Shown here: one piece after another, positions 13,447 through 26,005 of the stretch
Numbering within the stretch: position 1 is the first letter of the stretch
Layout: each line of letters starts with the position of its first letter
Source of the DNA: Octopus vulgaris
Taxonomy: Eukaryota
DNA: 64,000 bases
Reading direction: 5' to 3'
Assembly: GCA_951406725.2 (NCBI GenBank)
Contig: OX597817.1
Span: 90,210,001-90,274,000, forward strand
Notes under the pieces: generated by a model
What the model saw: only the letters and a program-made list of their open reading frames with translations
The model's database searches: none
What the model was told of the DNA's origin: nothing
Program-made: the position numbers and the translations under genes

Positions 13447-14910
13447 TTGTTCAAATTTACAGAAAACAAAAGACAAGTGTAGGAACAACAAGCAAGTGTA
13501 TTAGTTTAACGCTCGGGAAGAATGGAAAATTCTTTTATGTTTCAAGTCTATGCTCTTTGACAGAAAGAATTAAGAGGGGAAAAAAGGAGAGAGAATATAA
13601 AAAATGGAGAAAGGAAAATTTTTGTAGGGATTAACAGTTCAACACGACGAAATAGTCAGAAGGTTGAATCAAAGGAAGATAATAATGGTGACCTGGTCTC
13701 ATGTGCACGTGTGTATGTTAGAATGGTGTGTGTGAGTATGTATGTGCATGCAAGCTGAAAAATATGTAGACCTGTGTGTGTGTGTGTGCATGTGTGTAAG
13801 TGACCCAGTGCATACATTATGTGGAGTGATATGCATTACATGTACTGATATGTATGTATGCATATGGACCTGTGTCTGTATGCGTGTAGTTATCATGTGT
13901 GTGTGTGCAAACGCATTGGCCTGGGTGTGTGTTTATATGTACAAGTAACCTAGTGTATGTGTTGTGTAGAGTGATGTGCATTTTGTGTATTTGTGTGTGT
14001 ATACATGTGGACTTGTGTATATGTGTGAGTATGTGTATGGACGTTTGTATATGTATGAGGCTAATGTGCATGTGTGTGTTTGTGCATGTGTGTGTTTGTG
14101 CATGCATGTGTGTGCAAACACTTTTGTGTTTAGCAATTGATATGTGCTTGTTCAGGTGGTGTGTGTACGTGTATGTGTGTGTGTGACTGTGACTATATAG
14201 TGCACATGTGTATAGTGTATTTTTGTGGGCAAAAGTTATGTGTTTATGTGTATTGCACGTGTGTGTGTGTATATATTGTCAGTGTTCAGGCATTATGTGC
14301 TTGTGTGAGTATGGGAGTATGCATGGTGGTGTTTGGAGTGTGTACTCAGTACACTGTACTGAGTTGAACAGTGTGTAGGGGTACTCATATAGTGGTATGT
14401 GTGGTGATGCTATTGAAGAGTCTGTGTAGGTGTGTGAGTAATGGTGTGTGGATGTGTGGATAATAGTGTATTGGGTGCTAGTGTATGTGGAGTGGGAAGG
14501 TGTTCATAGGAGTGTGTGTGTAATGGTGTATGAAATGAGTAATGAATTGAACAGTGTGTATGAGTGTTTGTATAGTGGTATGTGGTGAAGATACTGAGGT
14601 AGGCGGTATGCAGGTGTGTAGGTAGATGGGAGGGGGGTATGCAGGTGTGTAGGTGGAGGGGAGGGGCAGTTGAATGCGGGAGGTGTGTGGGTATCTATGT
14701 GGCAGGGTGTCAGTGGAAAAGAGGTAGTGAGTTGAGCCCATAAGGCAGGAAGGAACAAAGGGAGAAGATTAATTCCTGTTCATTGCAAAGGTGAGAGTCT
14801 TGGTGGCCCCCGTGCAGAGACAGTCTGAACACTGACAGATGTTGCAGTGAATGACCAGTAGAGTGGAAGTGGTGCAAGAGTGAAGTGTCATTACTGAATC
14901 TGATATGTAA
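13447..14910 (-). mobile_element. Penelope-like element 3' portion (GIY-YIG C-terminus, CA-rich tract, terminal region with hammerhead remnant)
   Basis: 14910-14710 translates as HHFHSTGHSLQHLSVFRL..EQELIFSLCSFLPYGLNS, the HF..H..E..I....P.GLN end of PLE GIY-YIG ORFs; hammerhead-like motif at 13528-13571. Linkage of the two ends is inferred. Confidence 0.7.
13528..13571 (-). ncRNA. Degenerate hammerhead-ribozyme-like motif
   Basis: aattcttt CTGTCAA A GAGC ATAG ACTT GAAA CA TA aaagaatt: 8-bp stem I and GAAA/UH present, core and stem II mutated. Confidence 0.45.
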
Positions 14911-15105
14911 TTTTTGGGGACTAATGGGTATATGTCAATAAGTGTTCTGTATAGTTTTCATCTACCAAATTTCATTTGCAGGGTAATTGGTCAACGTAAG
15001 ACTACAGAAAACATTTGCCCAAGGTACCATTGAGTGAGATCAAAGCCCAAAACAACATGGTTGCAAAAGAAACTTCTTAAACATGCAGCCGTGTGTGTGT
15101 GTGTG

Positions 15106-15138
<33 letters not shown>

Positions 15139-15894
15139 AATAGTGCTGACTAAATCTTTTACAGCAAGAAATATTTCATGTGTAAAAGACTTATAAGTTT
15201 TCAATGATAAAGAGGAAAAACATTATCTTACTCAACATATTGATATTTAAAATAACTAATGTATAAATGTATTTATTACTCTAGAAATAGGAGCTGGCCT
15301 TTAAGTCATCATGATTTTATGGTTGGGTATTTCTAGTAGAGGAATTTACTGACAAAAGCAAATACAATTTTGTGCTATTAGAAGCTGCCCACAAACTGGT
15401 TAAACTGGATATAATTTGAAATATATACAATATGGAGTGTATTAGAATTGCGAAATGTCTGTTCAACTTTGTAAATAACTTTACACAAAAAGCTTGAATT
15501 GTAAAAGGTGAAAGTAAAATAATTTAAAAATCACCTTATTTGGTGAATTCAATAAAATAACATCAATCCCCATATTTGTCCAATACTTTATTTTACTGAT
15601 CCTAGAAGGATGAACTTCAAGGTCATACTTGGTAAGATTTGAATTCAGAACATAAAGGGTTGTAACAAAGAAGTAACTAAGTACAAGACATTATGCCCAA
15701 CTGTTGTCTTTGCTGCTCAAATAAATGTGCCTAATTTAGGCACAAAGCCAGCAATTTGTGGTTTGAAGGAATTAGTTAATTACATCAATTTCAGCAGTTG
15801 ACTTTATGTTATTGGCCTGAGGTAGCTGAATGGTGAAGTTGATCTCAGAAGGATTTGAGCTTAGAATATAGAGAACTTTAAATAATACCACAGG

Positions 15895-15938
<44 letters not shown>

Positions 15939-15976
15939 ATATATATATATATATATAGTATTATTTCTAAAATGAT

Positions 15977-16190
15977 CTTTTCTACTATAGGCACGAGGAC
16001 TGAAATTTTTGGGGAGGAGTCAAGTCGATTACATCAACCCCAGTGTTTCACTGGTACTTAATTTATTGACCTCGAAAGGATAAAAGGCAAAGTCAACCTT
16101 GGTGAGATTTGAACTCAGAACATGAAAACAGACAAAATACCACTAAGCATTCCACCTGGCATGCTAATAATTCTGCCAGCTCACTGCCTT
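15977..16190 (-). mobile_element. Full-length SINE family B
   Basis: Minus strand runs from aaggcagtgagctggcagaattattagc through gttctgagttcaaatctc and gcctttt..ggtcaataaattaagtaccag to gcctatagtagaaaagat. Confidence 0.85.
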
Positions 16191-17625
16191 AATGATAACG
16201 ATAATAAGGATAATGATAATAATGGTAATCATAATAAGTTTATTGCTAAACACAGAACCATAATTATTAGACAGTCTATTGGATTAATCAACAAGTCTAA
16301 CCCGCTTTAAAATAAACATTTTGTCAAATTATATTTCCATAATTAGCTAACAAATTGCACCACCATAATTAACTAACTCCATAATTTGTTTTGAAATTGT
16401 TTTCTTCTGATTTTCTTGTTTATGTTTCTTTCTTATGTAACATCACCTCCTCCCCTCACTCTACATTATACAAAAAATAAAAGAAAACAAACAAACAAAT
16501 ACCTTAATGATGCTTCATTCCAAAAAGAAAAACATTCTCGAACAAATTATAAGATGTACTGCTATGACCTAAAGATATGGTTTGTGATTTTTTACCCTCT
16601 TGTTTTGATTTTTAAAATCTAATTTTGAAAATCAGGATAAGAAACAGCCAGAAGGTCAGTCAAGTTTGAATTGTACCATTTTTTAGTTTAAATATTATAG
16701 CAGCAATACAAACAATCTTTCAAGAGAAGTTGATGTCAGTGATTTTTGTAAAATAGAGATCGTTTATCTGAAGGAGGAAAAAGATCTGTGCAAAGAGCTC
16801 TACTATTATCAATGATTTCATCAACTATTGTTTACTGAAGTAAAAGGAAATGGCCCTCTAGGAATATGGAACAAGTGAAATGATTAGCAATGCATGCTTG
16901 CACTTCATTGCTTATAAATAGTAAATTCCTTCTTCTTCAGTTTCTTTATAGAAAATGGCAAGATCCATTTCAGTAATAGATCTTGCCATTTGCATCAAAA
17001 ATCCTTTTCAAACAAAATGTTCAGAATTTTTTAATAGAATTTTCTAGTTATAAGCTAGTTTCCATTGGTTGAAATGGTTTGACAATTGAAGCCTCTTACA
17101 ATATCAACATATTCCTCCTTTTTTCTCCACTTCACTACCTAAAATCTTAATTTACCGATGGATTGATTCTTAATGTAGTCGAAAAGAAACAAGGAGAGGG
17201 AATTCAATGATATTATTACCAAAATTGTGAAAGGAAGTGAGATTGAAACCAGCAATGTAACTGAGTAAATAATGATAATAATAACAACATTATCAATAAT
17301 AGGATAGCTATCACTTGCAAATGGTTATAACTTGGTAGCGAGTAACATGCATTTGATAATTGTTTTTGGTGCATATGCAGTTGTAAGTATACATAGAAAC
17401 ACTCTTGGCACTCCCACTTTTCAGCCAACAGAACATCAAGGATGTGACAACTGGAGGAAGAGAGAGCTTATCAGCATTTGGCTGGTACTTAATTTCAGCT
17501 GAATAGACTGGAGTGATGTGAAATGAAGTGCTTTGCTCAAGAATAGAATGTACCCAGTTCAAGAAACAAACTCATGACCTTATCATTGCAAGGTCAACAC
17601 CTGAACTATGAGGCTAAGTGTCTTC

Positions 17626-17675
<50 letters not shown>

Positions 17676-17684
17676 AATAATAGT

Positions 17685-18235
17685 CCTTCCTACTATAGGC
17701 ACAAAGCCTGACATTGTGGGTGATGGGGTTAGTCAATTGCATCAACCCCAGTGCTCAACTGTTACTTTATTTTATGGATCCCAAGGAATTTGAACCTAGA
17801 ATGTAAAGTCAGATGAAATACCACTAAATATTTTGTCTGGCATGTTAATCATTCTGCCAGCTCACCACCTTATAAAATAATAATCCTTTCTACTATAGGC
17901 ACAAGACCTGGAATTTTGGGAGAGGGATTAAGTTGATTACATTGACCCCAGTACAACCCTGAAAGGATGAATGGCAAAGTTGACCATGGTGGAATTTGAA
18001 CTTGGAACATAGTGGCAGATGAAATACTGCTAAGCATTTTGCCTGGTGTGCTAATGAAGCTGCCAGCTTGCCACCTTAATAATCTTTTATACTATAGGCA
18101 CAAGATCTGAAATTTTTGGGGAAGGAGCAAGTTGATTACATTGCCTCCAGTACTCAACTGGTACTTATTTTATCGACCCTGAAAGGAGGAAAGGCAAAGT
18201 CGACCTTGTTGAAATTTGAACTCAGAACGTAGCTG
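17685..18235 (-). mobile_element. Three head-to-tail SINE family B copies
   Basis: The ctactataggcacaa terminus recurs near 17690, 17890 and 18090, separated by short (aat)n. Confidence 0.85.
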
Positions 18236-18660
18236 TGGGACTGTAAATTACAGACAGATAGGGTCATGGAACACCTTTGGCCTGGCATCATTATCTTTCA
18301 CAGAACATCACGTGAATGTATGATGGGGGATGTAATATGCTCCTTTTGATACCAGAGAGAAAGAGAAAGAACAGGAAAGGCTTGATAAGTACAATGATTT
18401 GAGATACAAGATTGGGTGGCTATGGCACTTAAGAATATAAAGGTAGTGCCACTTGTCATTGGCACATTGAGTACCACAAGCAAAGATTTTGAAAAATTTG
18501 AGCAATGGCTTGGTTGTGACATAAACTTCTCTGTTAAGCAGAAAGCCTCCTCATAAGGGACAGCAAAAATTCTAAGAAGGGTGCTGGATACTTAAGGATA
18601 AAGAATGTGACTTGGTATCCAGCAAATTGAATCAGCATAGCACCTAAGAATGAGAGATAA
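18236..18660 (+). mobile_element. Degenerate RLE-type LINE 3' fragment (second R4/Dong-like family)
   Basis: Broken frames: WDCKLQTDRVMEH, KEQERLDKYNDLRY, KVVPLVIGTL, GTAKILRRVLDT*. Confidence 0.7.
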
Positions 18661-18931
18661 AAACATAAATAATGATAATTTCTTATGTAAGCATAAGGCT
18701 ATAAATTTGTTGGGAGGAAACCAGTGATTATATCCACCTCCTGACTAATACTTTATATCGACCCCAGTTAAGATGAAAAGATGAAAGGGGATGTTTGTCT
18801 TAGCAGAATTTGAATTCAGAATGTAAAAGAGAATAAGTAAATTGTACAAAGCATTTTGCATGATGCTCTACTGATTCTGCCAATTTCAATGATTTCTGAT
18901 ATAGATTTAACTGACAATGTATTATTAGTGC

Positions 18932-18933
<2 letters not shown>

Positions 18934-18962
<29 letters not shown>

Positions 18963-19073
18963 TGTATGTATGTATGTATGTATGTGTATGAACATATATA
19001 CATATATCTGTCTCTCTATATATATACAGTAGTACCTTGGTCTTCGAACAACTCTGATCGTGAATAAATCATG

Positions 19074-19161
<88 letters not shown>

Positions 19162-19345
19162 ATATATATGTATATATACATGTATATATGTATATATATA
19201 TATATATAAATATAAATATAAGTATATATGTATATATATATATATATGTATGTATACATATATATATATATGTATGTGTATATATATGTATATATATATG
19301 TATATATGTATATATGTATATATATATATATATGTATGTATACAT

Positions 19346-19379
<34 letters not shown>

Positions 19380-19428
19380 GTATATATATATATGTATATG
19401 TGTATATCTATCTATCTATCAATATATT

Positions 19429-19468
<40 letters not shown>

Positions 19469-19470
19469 AT
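18934..19470. repeat. (ATGT)n/(TA)n/(CA)n compound microsatellite
   Basis: Direct inspection; it produces the spurious IY-repeat ORFs. Confidence 0.95.
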
Positions 19471-19608
19471 GTTTGTTTCTATGTTGAATTATAAGAAAAA
19501 CAAACTAATATAAAAACTGAAGAATTACTCAATACTTTTTGTGCAGTACATATTTCTTATACTTCTAGAGGGATGACAGTAGCTTCAAAGTTTTGGACAG
19601 CTAGTCCA

Positions 19609-19652
19609 ACAGTATAACAAAGACTTACCAGCTGAAACTTCAAAGTCACTGT
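19609..19652 (+). ncRNA. Degenerate hammerhead remnant with an adjacent inverted partial copy
   Basis: acagt [ataacaa] agacttaccagct GAAA CTTCAAAG TC actgt: stem I and the GUC site are intact but CUGAUGA is lost; inverted partial copy near 19515-19600. Confidence 0.5.
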
Positions 19653-20772
19653 GCAGCATGTGTATTTGTGTGTGTGTGTAGTTGTACATATATTACACAT
19701 TCTAGCAATGTAGCTGTAATATATATATGCACGTATATGTGTGTATATATCCATATATATGTATGTGTGTGTAGTTGTATAACCATTATATGTTTTAGCA
19801 GTGTAGCTGCAATATATGTGTGTGTGCGTGTGTGTGCGTGTGTGTATGTGTGCATGTGTGTGTGTGTGTGTGTGTGTGCGTGCGCGTGTGTGTGTGTGTG
19901 CGCGCATGCGCGTGCACTGCTCTAATATACATTATGGCTCTGTAGCTCTAACATATATTAGGTATATATTGATGTTCAAGCAAAATCAAAATGCAGGAAA
20001 GATGATAATGTAAAGTAAAAAAGAATTAAAATAACTTGCATAAACGATAACAAGATTATAGAGTTATTTTAGAAGTTCAAGAAATATTTGTGAAGTAAAT
20101 GATTCAATAGACATGCTCAGCTTATGCATAAACATGTATATATATATATATATATGAGTGCATGTATGTAGTTGTGTATGTATGTGTATATATGTATGTA
20201 TGTATTCTTTGAACAGTTTTAATATATTAATATTATATTGGAAATAAAAAAAACAATTAATAAAGGAATAAAAATAATAGAAAAGAAAGGAGAAATTCTT
20301 CGTAATTTTGTAATAAATGATTGCAAGATATGAAAAGATCAAAAAACCAACTGAAGCAATTATGAATGCATGTCAAAATCCTTAATAGTTAATCAATAAT
20401 TAGAGAAAAAGAAAAAAAAAATGAAATAGAAAACATTAAGATATATACATTTGTTATGTGTGTGTGTGTATGTGTGTGAGTGTGTAAATATATATATTTG
20501 TCTGTATATTTACATCCATTCTTACAAGCATACTTACATACATGTGTACATACATACATATACACAAACATGTACATCCTAATCACTCAGACAGATAAAT
20601 GTAGTGTCATTTTATCCTTTTCCACTATACTAGATTTCTTATTGAGTTAACAATTTAGCATTAAGTTTCAAACATAATTTTATTGACAATCGTATGTTTG
20701 AACAAAACAGTCATAAATAACAACTATAATAACAACTATAACAACAACAACAACAACAACAACAATAATCAT

Positions 20773-20990
20773 AGTTTCAAAATATGCTACAAGGGCAGTC
20801 ATTTTAGGGGAGGGCATAAGTCAAGTATATTGACCTCTCCAGTGTTTAACTGGTACTTAATTTATCAACCCAGAAAGGATGAAAAGCAAAGTTGACTTCA
20901 ATGGAATTTGAACTCAGAGCCTAGCAACAGGTAATATAGCGCAAAGCATTTCTTTCAGCACACAAATGATTCTGCCAGCTCACCACCTTT
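20773..20990 (-). mobile_element. SINE family B
   Basis: Same motifs as 15977-16190. Confidence 0.8.
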
Positions 20991-20996
20991 ATATTA

Positions 20997-21062
<66 letters not shown>

Positions 21063-21119
21063 CAATAATAATAATAATAATAATAATAATAACTGGACGA
21101 ATAATAATAATAATCATAA

Positions 21120-23351
21120 CTGGACGAAAACAACCTGTTTCCAGAAGAGCAGAAAGGATGCTGCAAAGGCTCATATGGCTGTAAAGATCAACTAATGATC
21201 AATAAAGCCATAACTGAAGACAGTCACAGAAAGAAGAAAGGCCTCAGTATGGCCTGGATCGACTACCGAAAGGTGTTTGATAGCATTCCCCACAAGTGGA
21301 TCCTCGAAACACTAGCCATTAACAAGGTAGCACCAACAGTTATAAAATACATAGGACACTCTATGAATAAATGGCAGACAGTGCTACAGCTCCAAACAAA
21401 AGAGGGACTCATGAAAACCAAAGCCATCCCCATTGGAGGAGGAATATTCCAGGGAGACATGCTCTCTCCACTCCTTTTCTGCTTGGTATTTTCACCTCTA
21501 TCTGATATGCTAAATAGAACTGGATGCGGATATAAATGTTATGGCAAAACGATCAGCAACCTTTTATATATGGATGACCTAAAACTATATGCTACAAATG
21601 ACAAACAGCTGGAAACACTATTAAAGACAGTTCATAGATTTACCAAAGAAATAGATATGAAATTTGGATTAGAAAAATGCGCCAAAGTAACCCTGAAAAG
21701 AGGAAAACTAGTTAAGAGTAGCAACATCACACTAGATAAAGCCAATGAAATAAGAGAATTAGACCAAAGCCAAACTTACAAATATTTAAGAATCCATGAA
21801 CTAGATAAGATACAACACACACAAATGAAAGAGAAAATAAAGAAAGAATACTATAGACAAGTTAGATCAATACCAAAAATAGAGCTCAATGCTAAAAACA
21901 AGATAATAGGTATTAACACTTTAGCCGTCCCATTTATAAGTTACAACTACAATATCCTTAACTGGACGCTAAATGAACTAACCAAAATAGATAGGAAAAC
22001 GAGAAAAATAATGACAGGATCTAGGATGCATCATCCAAAATCTGACATAGAAAGGCTATATATACAACGTATAGAAGGTCGTAGAGGCCTTATAAAGCTG
22101 GAAAACTATTATAAAATAACCACCATAGGACTGCAAAAATACCTACTTCAGAAGCAAGGAAAACTGATACAAATAGCGGCAAAACACGAGCAAAACAAAA
22201 AATTGTTCTCAGTATTTAAGGAAGCTGACAAATACAAACAAATCATACCACCTAACAAATATGACGAAGAAGAAGAAGAAGAAGAAGAAGAAGAAGAAGA
22301 AGAAGAAGAAGAAGAAGAAGAAGAAGAAGAAGAAGAAGAAGAAGAAGAAGAAGAAGAAGAAGAAGAAGAAGAAGAAGAAGAAGAAGAAGAAGAAGAAGAA
22401 AACACAACAAAAGTTATAAAACAAATGAAATCCAAACTAAAACTAGAACAGCAACGGACCATGATAAAACGATGGCAAGAAAAGCCCCTTCATGGCAAAT
22501 ACTGGACTAAGCTAAATGCAAAAGAAACAGACAAAGAAAAATCCCAGCAATGGTTGAGAAGCTCAGGACTCAAAGCAGAGACAGAGGGATTTTTAATTGC
22601 AGCTTTTAATTGCAGCACAAGACCAAAGCCTCCCCACCAGAAATTACCAAAAACATGTAATGAAAAGAAATATAACAAGTAACTGCAGAATATGTGGAGA
22701 TGGACAAGAAACAATAAATCATATTATCTCTGGCTGCCCAGTCCTGGCTAAGAAGGAATATATTCACAGGCACGACAGAGTTAGGACCTACTCACACGGG
22801 AAGCTATGCCAACATTATGGAATAACAACAGAAAAAAGATGGTATAGGCACACACCAGAAAAGGTCACAGAAAACGAGAAAGCAACCATACTCTGGGATA
22901 TGCCAATACACACAGATAGAGAAATTAAGGCCAACAGACCAGATATAGTTGTCAGAGATCATGAAGAAAAAAAATGCTTTCTAATTGATGTATCAATACC
23001 AGCAAATGACAACATGTCTCTAAAAGAAATGGAGAAACTTTCAAAATACAAAGACCTGGAAATAGAGGTAACTAGAATGTGGAATCTAAAAACAGAAACA
23101 ATTCCTATAATAGTAGGTGCATTAGGTATGATAAAAAAATATTCAGACAAATACATAACAAAAACACCAGGACTTACAAACACATATAACATACAGAAAA
23201 TTGCACTACTAGGCCCTGCACACATCCTATGCAGAACACTTTCAATACAGTAACTATCAGAGCATCACAACAAATCACAGCACATACCCAAGGCACACAG
23301 AGCTGCGCTTGGTAGTGAAGTGAAAGCACGCTATAAAAATAAAACTACTTG
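21120..23351 (+). mobile_element. 5'-truncated R4/Dong-type non-LTR retrotransposon (RT, CCHC, restriction-like endonuclease) in (TAA)n
   Basis: EEQKGC, WIDYRKVFDSIPH, GIFQGDMLSPLLF, LLYMDDLKLY, CRICGDGQETINHIISGC, RHD and RPDIVV..IDVSIP..KLSKYKDL. One frameshift from a 13-bp duplication; (taa)n on both flanks. Confidence 0.93.
22266..22400 (+). repeat. (GAA)45 in-frame triplet repeat inside the LINE ORF
   Basis: 135 bp of pure GAA encoding 45 Glu. Confidence 0.95.
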
Positions 23352-23473
23352 AATAATAATAATAATAATAATAATAACTATGATAACTCTTTGTTTCTAA
23401 TTTAGATGCATGGCCACCTATTTTGAAGTGAGGAAGAGAGTCAGTTATATCAACCTCAGTACTTGACTGATGT

Positions 23474-23725
23474 GGAGGCATATGGCTTAGTGGTTAGGGT
23501 GTTAGACTCATGATTGTAAAATTGTGGTTTCAATTCCTCAACTGGCTGATGAGTTGTGTTCTTGAGCAGAACACAACGTTTCTTGTTGCTCCAGTTCACT
23601 CAGCTGGCAAAACTGAGTAATCCAGTGATAGACAGTTATCCCATCCAGAGGAGAACATATGTACCATGGAAACCAGGAAATCAACTCAATGAGTCTATAT
23701 GACTTGGGAAGGATCTCTATCCTTT
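23474..23725 (+). mobile_element. tRNA-derived SINE family C
   Basis: ggaggcatatggcttagtggttaggg..ggtttcaattcc (A/B boxes); related copies at 37389, 37981 and 42590-42870 (-). Confidence 0.7.
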
Positions 23726-23941
23726 ATTTGACTGATACTCTATTTTATTAAATAAGAATGAAAGACAAAAACGACTTTAGATTTGAACTTAGATTGCAGA
23801 GAGTTGGAACAAATGCCACCAGAGTTTTTTTTTTCCAATACTAACAATAAACATCCTTTCTTTTATTTTCCTACAAGAGACCATTCATATGTAGATGCTC
23901 CAAAAGTGTAAAGAAAGACATGTGAAGGATAAGGCAAGTAT

Positions 23942-26005
23942 TCATCATCATCATCATCGTTTAAGGTCCACTTTCCATGCTGGTATGGGTTGGATGGTTT
24001 GACTGGGGACTAGTAAGCCAGGAGGCCACACCAGGCTCCAATCTGATCTGGCAATGTTTCTACAGCTGGATGCCCTTCCTAATCCCAACCATTCCAAGAG
24101 TGTAGTGGGTGCTTTTTACATGCCACCAGCATGGGAGCCAGTCAGGTGGCACTGGCATCATCCACGTTCTGATGGTGCTTTTTATGTACCACTGGCACAG
24201 GAGCCAGTCAAGGCAGGGGCTGGCATTGACCATGTTTGGATGGTGCTTTTTATATGCCACCGGCACAGAGAGCCAGACAGGTTGCACTGGCAATGACCCA
24301 TGCATGAATGGTGCTTATTGTGTGCCACCAGCACAGGAGCCAGTCAGGTGGCACTGGCATCAGCCACAACTACAATTTCCATTTGATTGTGATTTGATTT
24401 GATTTTGATTTTGATTTTCATTTACTTGACTCAATAGGTCTCCTCAAGCATGGCATGTCGCCAACAATCCAAAGGTACTTTTTAAGTGGGCTGGTTTTGT
24501 GACACTGGTGTAGGCTACAGCTGTGATCTCACTTTACTTGCTGGGTCTTCTCAATCACAGCATATCTCCAAAAGTCTTGGTCTTTTGCCATTGTCTCTGT
24601 GAGGCCCAACGTTCAAAGGTCATGCTTCATCACCTCATCCCATGTCTTCCTGGGTCTCCTTTTTCCACAGGTTCCTTCCACTGTTAGGGAGTGACACTTC
24701 TTCACACAGCTCTCCTCACCCATATGTGGCATATGACCATACCAGTGCAGTCATCTCTCTTGCACACCACATCTTTATGTTCAACATTTCTCTCAGGGTG
24801 CTTACACCCTGTCATATATGCACACTGACATTACACATCCAGTGGATCATACGAGCTTCATTTCGTTTGAGCTTATGCATGTCTTCAGCAGTCATGACCC
24901 ATGTTTCACTGCTGTCTAGTATGGCAGTTCACACACATGCATCATACAATCTACCTTTCACTCTGAGCAAGAGGCTCTTTATCACCAGTAGGGGTAGGAG
25001 CTTTCTGAACTTTGCCCAGGCTATTCTTTTTCTAGTGGCAACATTCTCCGAGCATCCACCCCCACTGCAGACTTGGTCACCCAGGTAGTGGAAGCTTTCA
25101 GTGATAGAATCAGTTTTCTGAACATCTGCAGTGCTTACTTACCCTGTGCATCTGCTACACATCTGCTGTCTTCCTGGCTAACCTTCCTTTGATGTTACTA
25201 CACCTCTTATGCATCCATAGCTTACACTGGGTACATTTTATGGAGTTTCTACCTACACCTTTTCTACAGATCAATCAGGGTCATCTACCTGAAGGGGTTT
25301 GTGATGTGTTCGCCATCCTACTTACTAGGACTTTGGTTTTTGCAACATTGACTCTAGGCCCTTTGATTCTAAAACTTGCTTCCACACCTGAAATTTCTTC
25401 TCTAGTTCTGGTAGTGATTCTGCTATGAGAGCAAGGTCATCAGTATAGAGGAGCTCCCAGGGGCAACCTGTCTTGAATTCCTCTGTTATTTCTTGGGGGA
25501 CTATGATGAATAAGAGAGGCTGAGGGCTGATCCTTGGTGAACCCCTACTTCTACCTGGAATTTTCTTACCTTGCTAATGTCATCCCTGTACATCGCCCAC
25601 CAGATAAGGGATTGGAGGACCCTGTCAATGTCTTTCTCCAAGTCAACAAAAGCCAAGTATAGGGGTTTATCTTTGGGTAAGTGTTTTTCCTGCAGTTGCT
25701 ATACCAGGAATATAGCATCAGTCATGCTTCTACCTGGAACAAAACCGAACTGCATCTCATCTAAGCAGTCTCTCTCCCTAATTAGTTGGACTATAACCCT
25801 CTTTGTAACCTTCATTACCTGATCCAGTAGTTTGATACCCCTGTAATTATTTCTATCTAAAGCAACACCTTTACCTTTGTAGCAGTTGACTATGGTACTG
25901 CTACGCCAGTCATTGGGTATGACTCCTTTGTGAACTACCTGGTTTATAATACGGGTGACTAGGCTAAAACCCACACCACCTGATATTTTAAGCATCTCAT
26001 TGAGA
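23942..26005 (-). mobile_element. Degenerate 5'-truncated RTE LINE, same lineage as 546-1769, including RT
   Basis: IPNDWRSSTIVNCYKGKG..NYRGIKLL..QFGFVPGRS, DLEKDIDRV, GVHQGSALS, PWELLYTDDL, PHD-like segment, 3'UTR repeats and (GAT)n tail; many stops. Confidence 0.9.

Noticed and set aside
18816-19494. Long ORFs of IY, CV, HT, poly-I or poly-N here and at 13.7-14.4, 26.7-28.6, 40.3-40.7 and 56.4-57.4 kb
   Set aside because: They are translations of microsatellites.
21195-22682. 495-aa poly-Glu host protein
   Set aside because: It is the RT region of a truncated, frameshifted retrotransposon.
23546-23581. CTGATGA followed by a perfect 10-bp hairpin, hammerhead-like
   Set aside because: The hairpin is followed by gttt rather than GAAA, there is no stem I or III, and it lies inside a SINE body.
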